In this document: one piece after another, positions 14,101 to 26,837 of the stretch
Layout of the letters: the number at the start of each line of letters is the position of its first letter
Numbering within the stretch: the stretch's first letter is position 1
Origin: Tubiluchus corallicola
Lineage: Eukaryota; Animalia; Priapulida
Direction: 5' to 3'
DNA length: 64,000 bases
Assembly (NCBI GenBank): GCA_030141605.1
Contig: JAQGDQ010000002.1
Span: forward strand, 1,984,001 to 2,048,000
Notes under the pieces: model-generated
The model's input: only the letters and a program-made list of their open reading frames with translations
Told to the model about the DNA's origin: nothing
Databases searched by the model: none
Position numbers and translations under genes: made by a program

Positions 14101-14847
14101 AATATGTACATAAAAGAACGTATAAATAAACATTATTTAGTTCTAGTTGTTTGACACACGGAAGTTTGTACAAAATGACACTTCATCCTAATAATTACTG
14201 CTTTTGTTTTTTTCTACCATCATCACATTTTAATGAAAATTTCTAAAGATACCAGAAATCTGCGAAAAAGTCTCATCTTATTCTATATTCGTGGTCTTTT
14301 GTTTGGGAATAATAGAGATATCGACTATTTCCGCAACTCGTAAATTATCGGCTGTTTCCGTAAGCACTCGCTGAATTATCGCCTTTTTCCGCATTTGTCT
14401 GATATTTTCGCTAGCGACTGTTGACATAAGAACCATTAATGTCGCATCTTATGATTTACGTTTTCCAATTACTTAATACTGTATATCAAATGGATAATTG
14501 CTTATTATTAAATTATATACGAGTCCCGGTGCTCTTGCAGTTGCAAATGTAAAGTGATGGTCCTAATATGCCGAGTTTGCATCTGAGTTTAAGGATGTTT
14601 GTTTGTTGAGATAGCCAATTCAAGACAGGCGAGTTTTTTTGCAAGATTGTAGCTTCATATAAGCTATAGTGCGTCAACGTGTTATTTGGGCTTATAAATG
14701 GAGTTTTGGAACTAGTGCTAGTAATTGGTAAAACGCCGAATACCAGGCTCGTGGCTAAAAACAGTATTAAAAAGTATGGCAAAAATATATAGCACCAAAA
14801 CCCCTTAATTGTTTATTAAAACCACAAATATTAGTAAAGCATAAGGG

Positions 14848-14919
14848 CACGACGACGATGATGATGATGATGATGATGACGATGATGACGACGACGAAGA
14901 CGACGACGACGACGACGAC

Positions 14920-14958
<39 letters not shown>
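14848..14958. repeat. (GAC/GAT)n microsatellite
   Basis: Directly visible, adjacent to a SINE tail. Confidence 0.95.
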
Positions 14959-14974
14959 ATCAATAATACCACGA

Positions 14975-15220
14975 TGGTAATTATAATAATAATTTCGTTT
15001 AGGCTATAGTCCAAAGATAACACCTTTAGTAACTCAATGCTTATTTCCAAGGTGATCCCGATTATTATTACCCGCACGTTACTTCGATAAGCCCCCGTAC
15101 TTGGTCAAAGAACAAGCGGTACCATTTTCAAGTCTTTCGTATGACTCGGTCGAGAGTTGAACCCACGACCTTACCACGTGTGGTAAGCGAGCACGCTATC
15201 AATGAGCTACGCCACCCGGT
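14975..15220 (-). mobile_element. tRNA-derived SINE with Meta-domain-like core
   Basis: The minus strand reads GGTGGCGTAGCTCATTGATAGCG (A box), GGGTTCAACTC (B box), then GTCATACGAAAGACTTGAAAATGGTAC, which resembles the MetaSINE central domain as I recall it. It ends in an (ATT)n tail. Confidence 0.75.
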
Positions 15221-15821
15221 ACAAATTTCTCTCAGTTTTGTCGTCACTATTTTCGACAAAGTACTGAGTAATTAATTTGGCTTTCCAGTATCATGATAGC
15301 GTCGATGACATTATCACGCTAAAGCTTTCTTTCTTTAGCAAATTTAAACCATAAGGGATTGGACAAAAGACCTTGATCTGCCCTCTTACTGATACGAGCA
15401 ATTAGAGTAACGCAGAAAGAATAACACAGAAAGGTTAACTAATGTATCGTCATGTTTGAACTGGGTAGAGAAAAAGGAACAATTATTAACAAAACAAAGT
15501 AAAATCAGAAACGGGTGCAATTAGATGCCGCCAGAGAACATAAAATAAAATAAAAGTAATGGGCGTTTATGAGTTCCATAACTCTCTTCTCATAGTCTAC
15601 CCTTAATCCGCGCGCAACAGATTCTAAAGAAAACCCATTTTCTAAGATAATTGCTGGTTTCTTTTTATTTTATCCTTTTGTTTTGCATCGAGTCATAACT
15701 CTTAACTATAGCAATTAGGTCACGAAACTAGACATGGTTTAAAAAGCTGCGGTTGTTTGCTTTTTAAATTTCCGAAATAGGAGTCAACATGTGAACACTA
15801 AGACGTTGCTCAATCGCATTT

Positions 15822-16060
15822 GGGTAAACCGCACTGCACCAGGCATAGTCAAGTGATAATTAGCGACGAGAACTGTGCAGATTGGTTATTGCTTCAGGCA
15901 CGAGTAAACCCAAACTTATGAGTAAACCACGCTGGACCAGGCGTAATCAAGTGATAACTAGTGACTAGCACTACGCATACTGGTCAAGTCACACAAGAGT
16001 GTAATAATGGTTTCTGACACGAATAAACCATACTAAACCAAGCATAGTCAGGTGATAAAC
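15822..16060. repeat. Three degenerate ~100-120 bp tandem units
   Basis: The core gRRtaaacc..act..accaRgcRtaRtcaRgtgataa occurs three times (~15822, ~15920, ~16021). Confidence 0.75.
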
Positions 16061-19000
16061 ACGGTCATGCTCGCGGATTTTGATATAAATTCATTCAGAC
16101 GTGTTTTAGACGCGTTTAAAGGAAAGAACAAGTCACCCAATATGTTTGGTTTATTTTACTGTTATCACTTAAACTTAGAAAAATATAACAAAGAAATTTT
16201 CAAAAAACTGTCTATAAAGCATAAATTCAATATATACTACCCTTGAATAGAAACTGTTGTCGAACTAATGTTAGCTTACCTTAAATTAGCTATCTAATTA
16301 TTTTGTAAAAACTTATTATACTTTTGATGAAAAATTGACAGTGCGTTATTTTTGTTCAGGATGAATGACGTCATTGGAAAAAAATGGACATTGAAAATGG
16401 GAGCGCCAAAGCATGAAGTGATCGCGACTTCATAGTGATTTTACTAATTACACAAAGCTCTTATTGCAGTTTTATTACTAAATCCTTGTAACATTTTCCG
16501 CTAATATTGAAATAAGCCTGACTTTCTAGAAGGCTTGGCCTTTTCTTTAGCAACAGTAATTAAATTGTGAAAAAACTCGAGAGTTTTCAATACACAGAAT
16601 TTGCAGAATGTGCATGAATTTTTCAAGGCAAACTTGCTCAAAACCGCTCAGCGTGAAACTACAATCGGTACTAGTAATTATTACACTGCAATAAAATTGA
16701 GGCCATCGGAAGGCATTCAACGAAGTTATAATTACAATAACTAAAACATTGAGAAAAAGGAAAAAGTTTTTGATCACGCGTTTAGGTTAGACTAAATACA
16801 ATAATTTACTGCTACCGTTATTGACAGCCTTTGTCAAAAAACCGCCAAACAGCTTTATGCGGGAGTGCCTACATTACATTGTTTTTACAACTAATTTCCT
16901 AATTAGCAGGTTATGTAGTTAATTTGTTGTTTTAGTAGAAAGCTATTGCAACTGCCCAGGTTTCACACGTTTGAAATCAACACTGTAAACTGTCAGCAAA
17001 AAGAAATAAATGAGCAATTAGTGCAGTTTGTTAACTCAAATGAGCAACTGCAGTTTTGCTTTAATTGATTTTAAGCATTAATAAGCCACTCAGGTTTTCA
17101 ATAAAGGTAATAATAACGCCATGGTTGCATGCGTTTTTTCTGATTACGACTACCTGTAGTCTGAAAGCTCTCCTGATTGACAAATTGTGTTTGCACGAAG
17201 ACGTTGCATTAATTAATATAACTTGTCCTGAAGGCTTGTTACAGAGTCGTAGACAAATGCTAATGTCTGGGAGCGACTACCTCCCAACTTGAAATATGGC
17301 TTCTAGCGCAGGGTGTCGGCACTTTGCTTAATGAACCTTAATCAGGCGATATTAGTTATTTGCTACAAGGTGAACTGAAGCGGAAACAATAAATCTGTTA
17401 AGTAGATTGACAGTTTAGTAAGACGCGCATTTGTTTGTATTGTTATTGAGTTTTACAGAGACGATATGCGGAGATGATGCTAGTTGATGAATGAGGCTAG
17501 TCAAAAAAAAAATCGATTCAGTACTACCTTATATTCTTAAACAGACGAGTACGATAACACTGTTCTAGCAGTTGATTTATCATCATGACCATCATCACCA
17601 CCGTCATCATCGACATCAGCATTATCGTCATCGTCGTGAATGTCGCCATCATTGTCCACCAAAACATCACGTATTATGAAATATGACATTCAGACCAAAT
17701 TATCAGGCCAATTGCAGGCCAAGTTATCTAGATGGTGTATTGTCAAAACAAAACAACAAACTTATTGTCAAACAAAGAATCAAGAATTTTATTAAAAATT
17801 ACAAAATTTCAAAAATCTTTAAAAAATTGTTATAAGTTCCATGCTTTAAGCTACAAGCTCGACTACAATTACGGTATTTTATGTCTCATTTTAAATTCCC
17901 TATAGTCGTATTAAACGGCATTAAATCTTATTATTCTTTGTTGAAAATTTTCATCATTAAGGACAGCAATTAAATTTTTATGTTAAATATGCTAATTGTA
18001 GCATGTAAAATTTAATCCCCTATCTTAATAAGAACAATGTTGATGTAGAGATTTGATACTAAAACTTCTGCTAATACCGCATTAAGTATTAGCATTAATT
18101 AGCATAATTACCAGTGTTAATTAACATGAGTGGTCTACGGTTTCTCTAGCACCATTTAAAAGAATAAAACCTGGCTTCATGTACCTAGCAGAAGCTTATT
18201 ATCTTTACACAAAAACTGTCAGTTGTAATCCACTTCTAATTACTAGATTAATTAGAAAGATAGAACATGACACTTTTAATTTTAAGTTCTTTCATCGTCA
18301 GTAGTTGTTTATGTAATGAAGAAGTAGTCTCCACGTCAAAGCCTGGGGCTAGATTTTCAACGAAATTATAAATGTGGGCATTTAGCAGATTCTGTTTTCT
18401 TATTAATTAAAAAACCTCTTCCGCAACAAGCTTAATCGAAGCAATTTATTATGCTTAATGAATGTACTGTTCGGATTTGGCGTAATAACAGCATAAATTA
18501 ACATAAATATGCAGTTACTTATTAGGAATCTGTTGCTACAATCTTGACGCATATATATCATTAAGAGGAAACAGAGCACCTATTAAGTACTGTTTTGGGA
18601 ATGCCTTCACAGTTGACCCTATCCTTAGCGATCGCGTTAAACTGTTTTTGGTGTACTAAAACCACTAACGTTTTGATGAAAAATTCACACTGACTGAATG
18701 TTCTTTCCGATTACGGAGTTTTAACTCTTACTGAAAAGATCAAGTACATTTGATAAGAGTGTCTATAAGAGAGTGTCCTAGAGAAACAGAAATAAACAGA
18801 CTATCTAATTTCAGACTCTATTTGCAAAATTTGGAACAATTAGATGAAGTCATTAGCAGACGGTATTATATACAAGCTACTCTTGCCTCAGAAATAGAAT
18901 AAGTTATTCCTCATAAATAGTAATGTTCATAATATTTTCCAGGTGCACTCGTGCTTGAAAGATCCTTCTTTCTGACTCAAAACAAGGCAAACAACATGAA

Positions 19001-22000
19001 CATTTATAACGGTGTGATAAGATTCTAAAGTGCGATGCGCCTTTTATTTATTAAGAACGAGATTCACCTTTCATCTTTCAAAACTGCAAATATTCACTGT
19101 CCAACTATCCATGGCACGACCAATATTGGCTTCATAACAACACTTGATCTAACTGAACGCTTGCAGTTCTAGCTAGAAAATTATCCTCATATTGGAATTA
19201 CACGCATTTTTGCTTGTGTAGGTAATAAACGGCGAATTTACTACAGGGCGTCGGGCTTATATAGACAGTAAAAACACGTTTTGTTGTAAGGCTAATTAGG
19301 GGGCTTCTGTTCATTAAAACGAATACGACGGCGAACAAATATGATACATTTGTACACTGCATTAGTAGACCAAATGTCTGCTAGCAATCTAGCATAGACC
19401 ATTTTTGAATGAATCTAATCTGATGTGTGGCTCGTAATTTAATGCCCAATTAATGGGCTAGTCAATGCAAAAATAATAAAAAACTTTTTAGGAAAGCTTC
19501 TTCCACAAAAGTTGCCAACTGTGCAAAATATTTTTTCGGGGTTTTGCTGATTTCTTATTAATGCAGGTTTCATGTTGTATGAGTAAGCTCTTTTAAAAGC
19601 ATTTAGGGGTAAACATTTAAGGATCTTTACGTTTAATAACGAAAATCGATTAGCAATCGTAATTCGATTGACCATTTGCGTTAATCGTATAATTTGGTTC
19701 TGTTTCACCAGCGTCGTATTTTATTCAGCTTTTTATTGACTTATCGTATCATCGACTTGCAGGTTATACCAAAGACTTGTAGTTTATTAAATTATAAGAA
19801 ATCTGTGCGTTTCATTTGCGAAAACTTAACCAGTCTCATTTTGAAAATTATAGCAACTGTTGCAGATTAAAATTCTTATCACGTAATGGTACGTAATCTC
19901 TTGTGTATTACATGATGTCATGAAGCACCAAAATTAGAATGTGCTAGTGTCATGTTACATGTAAGTTATAGTTTTTCATTTAAGTTGCACAAGCCCATCT
20001 GCTCAATTTTCTTCCAAAAATTGTTGAATAACAGTGAATGATTTCTGTTTAAACTGAACAAAAATTTTGGCAAACAATCCAATCAACAAATACTAAGTAG
20101 TACTAAGTAGTACTAAGTCGACCAATAATACAGACTGTTATGGAATGTCTGCTTGTCTGATTAACTGACTGACTGACTGACTGATTAAGTGACCATTGCC
20201 TATTGCCTGACAAATTTTCTGACTGACTGACTGGTCGGCTGACTAATTGATTGATGAGTGATTGAATTTTTTACCGGCTTTTGGTTTTCAGTGCAGTTTG
20301 CAAATTACAACTGTGCATTTGGTTAAATAAGCCAAAAGATTTACCACGAGAAACATTTGACATAAACATGGAATAACTTGCCTAACAGTAACGGTGGTCA
20401 CTGAAAAAAAGCAAAAAGTGCGTTACCGAACAAGTTGATCGATTCACGATCATTAATCGATTGCTTAATGAATGTCTCCCTCTAGCTTTACATAATGATT
20501 CGCCGACTACAAACTTTTAAGTACTTAGTCCTCGATTCATTCATTTCCTTTCTTTATTAACATCCAAAATGTGAGATATACGACTTAGTACAAATTTAAC
20601 TGAACATAAGAATAATTAATATTGTGTGATAACCTCCAGGGTCTCAGTAACCCGCATTTGCCTCTAAGTGACTTTCAATGATAAAAAAAACTTGTAATAA
20701 AGTCTCCTGTATGACAAGAAGCAGGATGAATGCTTGTCATTAAAACCCTTATCTGCTGCCTTCATGAACTCCATGGGATTTCTAATTAGATAATTGTAAG
20801 AGTAATTACCAGAGGACAGCGTTCCATTGTATCGACTGGGGTCAATTAAAAATACACGATGAGAGAACGAAGCTGATTCTAAATAACGCGAAATGTGAGC
20901 AGAAGCCAATCTTCGACGACGTGTCATTTCACTGTCTTTTCTTTTAGAAAATCGAAAATCGCTTGGTTTTGACGAAAGGAAATGAGTTGTGAAATAGTAA
21001 AATAGGAGACATTCTGTTACGGCAACCAGATTAAGGCAAAAAGCAACAATTAGGACGAAATAATCATAAACTATCGTATATTGTAAATTATCTCTTGCAT
21101 GGGCACCGTCTGCAGTTGCCTTCAGGATTGAATTCTTTGCATATTCATCACATTAATTTTTTTCTAGCCTAGATTTCTTTGAATATTCAGGCTTTATTTT
21201 CCCATAAAAACTTTCTGTGCCGTGCGCTTCCAAGTGCTTCATGCATAACAAACTTGGATTTTAAAAGGAGAAATACACCGTTGTACTTTCTGACGTGAAA
21301 CTTGTAAAAGGGCAGCTTCTAGCAACTTATCGCTTTGTGGAAAAGAAATTAAATTTAATTTATCTCTGGCAAATCGTGATTTACTTTCGCCGACGTCAAT
21401 TTCATTTTAATTTCTCCAGGGACCAATTAGCAGAAATTAGAAGACGCAAGGAAAACTATAAACCTCTGACTCATTGTTAAACAGAGAAGTTTAACTAAGC
21501 CAATGCATCAGAATCTTGAAGGATCACTGTTGTTGTTTACACTTGATTTCGTGCAGCAAATGGCCCGCGTCGGCAACATCAAAGAAGACGAATTTGATGT
21601 AAGAAAATCGAACTTCAAAGTAAGAATATTGGGCAGGGTGGCGGCACTTCTATTCGCAGAACAGCAGGGCATCTATGCAGAGAAATTCTACGTGGATGTG
21701 GTCTATTATTTTAGGATTCTAGCTGTTGTCTTGCAAAAAAGAACGTTATTTATATGAACACAAATAATATAATTACATTATTTTATAAAATGTAAGTTGT
21801 GGAAAGACATATAATTGGTATATTTTCAAAACTAAGTTTTCTAATGTCAAGAGAATCCTAGTTTTAACGTGAATCATCTCTCAATTGAGCCTGACCTAAC
21901 CTCTCTCTCTAAAATGTCTCTACCCAACCTGTTTGAATGTTGTTTTTGTAACAGTGCTTCACTTTGGTAATAGAAAAAATTTTCGTTCTATCCTTTGTAT

Positions 22001-24189
22001 CATTCGTCTATTAGTAATAGGCGTATTTACTCATGGCAACATGCAGTTTATTTCCTTTAAGGGGAAAAAATTGAGATAAATTAAGTCACGCACTTGGACT
22101 GAAATGCGACCGCTGGCAAACACAGAAAATTGAACATTAGCAAGAATCTTTTATGGACGATTTGGTCGATAAGCGATTGAAGGTTTCACAAAAAATTAGG
22201 GAAAACCAACAACAATTTATTAGATGAGAAGAAGCGCAATTAAAGAAGTAAGATTATGTTACAAGAAAAACTGTCTATCGTGTTAACAGAATAAACAGAG
22301 TTGAGATAAAAGATTTCATTGCAGGTTCCGCTGGTAGCTCCTTAAATTTTTCATTACGAATTTGGCCGATAGTGTGTTTTGAAATACCGCCAGCTGTTAT
22401 GTAACTTATCTTATTCTAAACTTAATATAAAAGTAGCAAGAAAATTTCTCATTCGGCAGCTATTTTTACTCACTTTCTGTTTAATAATAATACTGTGTAA
22501 CTAACGTATAATTGTAACTGTCCATCAGACGGCAGCACCAGACAGTGTTAGTGTTGTCTATAGTTGTAAGATTAATCCAACAGAAATCTTATGAGTGCTT
22601 CAGTGGCTTCTAGATTTCTAAATAATGCTGTAAACTTCATACTTGATTTTATTATATTTTTTTTTGTTCAGAAAAACATTAAGTCGTCAATTTCAAGCAC
22701 TCAAGAAGAAAAATCTTAGCTTATAGCACGAAGAAGCTACTAAGCTTCACATTATTTTTATGATCAGCAAAACCTTCGAGTTCACTGTGCGAAAGGGCAA
22801 AAAGATATGCGTTAAAAAGAGGTATACAACCTAAAAAGAAGTGCGAGGTTTGGTGAATGTCACGTAATAGTTAACAGTTGACAACTTTGCGAGCTTTTTC
22901 TTGCCTAGAAGAGGCGTAGGAGATTTTTTATCTTGATTTTGTCTTGCATAAGAGTTAATGATACAAAGAAACTACAATGGAATCTGAGGCCAGGGGTTCA
23001 CCTCAGCTCTACAGAACAATCAACAAATTTTGGCTTCTTCAACCTGTCACGTTTCTAGGCTGAAGAACGCGCAAGGCGGTGACAGTGGTCGTGTTGTAAC
23101 TTCATTAGGAAGCCAGATAAGAAATAAGCTGCGCCGGGGCGGTGTTGGCCACGTGGCCATTTAATGTGCAAATGAAATTAGGCACGCCAACCACAGATAT
23201 TGTGGCGGAGGGTGGGTGGATGGGTAGGTAGATGTGTATTAGTCTAAACTGTGCATACTATCGGTTTGGTTATAAAATACGAATTATACAGTAACTGTCA
23301 AGTCTATAAAGCAGCAAGCCTGACGAAAGTAGAGTTATTATTGACTTTAGTGTGTCTTAAAGAACAATATATGCTGCCTAAAACCGCAGGCGTCAGCTTG
23401 CTATCGCAAGAAGCAGCAGATCTTTATAAAAAAAGCGAATTATATGGAAAATAGCGAATATGATGTCATTCACTTGGCAATGAATTATAGCTCACAAGAA
23501 GCTTATAAGCTTATAGATATTTATTTATTTGATGTATGACCAAAAGCCGATCAAATTTACAAACACAAATACAGAATATGTATCATATGTTACATACATG
23601 TGAACAAATTTTGCTAAAACACAGTGATGTGTCATATGCTGTAATTGCATAAGATGTCGATGCATCATTATCATAATTTTAAAGCTACGCAAGAATGGGC
23701 TGCAATGTGGGTAGTTGAAAAACTGTATTGTGTAGGCCTTTCTAATGACCTGGGCATTTGCCTAGCGTGTGATTAGTGTCTGTACAGTGTACTTATTTAA
23801 TACTGTCCTTGTTTAACTTTACTAACTATACGGACAGTTACGGAAACATTTTTTACATGCAATTTTAATGTAAAAAATGTATAGAAGATAAATTTCTATT
23901 TATCTCGTAACGGCTTACAGTGCTATTTTATTATTTTTAGTGCTATTTAATTATTTTTAGGCTGTTTATTAAGTTTATAGTGGTATTAGTGGTTAACCTA
24001 TAGCATCTCAAATTAGTTAAAGAGATAACTGAGAAATAATACAAAATTATTATATGAAAAATTTTCCACATTTGACCTGTTAATTTTTTAAATTACATGT
24101 ATTTTACATAGTCGCATAAAACTGCGTAAAACCGTTAAACTCAAAATAAGGTCGTTTAAACATTACAAAATGTAAAGATTAAAATCAGC

Positions 24190-24883
<694 letters not shown>

Positions 24884-26837
24884 ACTATTGTTAAGAGCCA
24901 ACCACAATAAGTGGCTTTTACCATGTTCCCTGCATCACACAGCCCTTGCAAAATACTCACCGCCCAGAAAGAACCATAACACAAGTGTTTTATACATCAG
25001 CTAGCCTTTGCCATTTTTGCAGGATTCTTTAGTCAATAAAACGGCGTGCCATAAAAGCTCAGAATCTAATTACAGGGACCAAGCGGCAGCCTTTGAGCCA
25101 CTTACGGTCAGAACTAAGAAGAAATTATCCCCCATTAACAACCAGGCACTGGTCACGCAATGCCCACATGTCTGCCACAGCCACGTGGCTAATTTACTGT
25201 CCTTTCTGTTTCTTATTCAAGCTCCAGTTAAAGGAGGCTAATGTTTTTAATGCTTAGTAATCAAATTAATTAAGTATAGCGCCTATATAATAATATCGCC
25301 TTGTAAAGATTGTTCTGACTTGAGTACACAGAACTGATGATACTACGCATACAGAAGGTTAGACACTTTTTATTCTCCTTCAGGGTCATTTACAGAGTAG
25401 CATTTACGGCAGTTGTTGAAAACATCAGTTCTGTTAGTTCAGAAATAATTTAATGACGACGCAAGTGATATGAACTTACACCAGTAGTAAATGTTAATTA
25501 GTGACATCTGCTGACAAGGAAGCATTACAAGCTTTAACCATTATGAAATCATATCCTGATTTCTGTCGTGAGACATGCAATATTACTGTAAAATAGTTTT
25601 ACAGCAGTCGATAAATCATAAGTATCGGTGTTTTAAAATGCGAAGCTGTTTCATTGTGTTTCATAGTATCTCTTCGTTGCTGTCCTCTCTTTACTTTTTC
25701 AGTTCATTTCCCCCTCTCTCTATGTGTCTCTCTCTCTCTCTCTTCCTCTCCCGCAATGATAGCCCCCAAACATAGAAAGCCAGGTTTAAAATCTAAGGCG
25801 ATAGTTTATTTTATACAAGGGTTCTAATGTTAAAACTATAACACTGTCCATTACTTTACAAAAATGTAGTTTATTTTCAGTAGACCTATAAATGATAAAA
25901 ACTTAAATTGCTGAATAAAAAATAACGTAAGAATGGTAATTACAGATACAAAATTACAATATAGTATAATAAACAATAAAAATTAATGATTATAACCTCA
26001 AAATAATTTCAGTAAAACTTGGCAAGGAATGATAATTTTAAATTTGGTAAACTTTATAGTTTATACATATTTAGACTATAAAAACAGCAGGTTTTACTTT
26101 TAAATGACATGCAACTAAGAATAAAATTGTATGCAAGTTTTATAAAGCCTACTCTACTGCAACTTTCGCACTTATACAAAGTTTTAACCATTGCAGAAAC
26201 TATAATGTAATATTGCTCAATGCTCAATTCAAAGTTCACAAAAACGGCAAGAGGTTTCCATACGGATTCAACAGCTGCAAGCTAAACTCTAGTGCAGGAA
26301 ATCAATGCTTAATTAATTTGGATAGCATGTATGTAATTCTAGCTTATAAATGAGATAACCTTCTGAGACGGGCCACTTAATCTGCAGAGTGAAACACAGA
26401 TTCAATGTCCCACTGTGTACGAACATTGAATCACAGATTTAATAACAGAAATATTTAGAGGGAGTACTGCAATTTTTCCGGTATCTATCCATTTTCAAAC
26501 CAAGTATGGTACTACGTGCTATCAAAATTTGGGAGACTTAAGCAAAGATTTAATTGATTCTTTGAAAAAGTGACAACTGAATAAACAATAAAACACTGTT
26601 TGCATATTATCAATTTCTGTTTTTGTTTTCAAAACTTGAATACACTAAACTGTCTGACTACTACCAGCATGTATTAAGTATACATAACTATATACATACA
26701 AAAAGTGTCAAATATATTGAGGAAGTGCCAATATTACATAGGTTGTATAAGAAGAAAAACACAAAAACAGATACAAAACTATCCAAAAATGTGAAGGAAT
26801 AATGCCTCAGTTACAGTTTGAATGCATCTCCAAATAA

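Noticed and set aside
15822-16060. Repeat-spacer pattern resembling a CRISPR array
   Set aside because: The repeats are degenerate, the spacers are partly homologous and unequal, the context is eukaryotic, and there are no cas genes.
18147-18168. TAGCACCATTT, matching the start of miR-29
   Set aside because: The match ends after 11 nt and the surrounding hairpin pairs for only about 11 bp, too short for a pre-miRNA.
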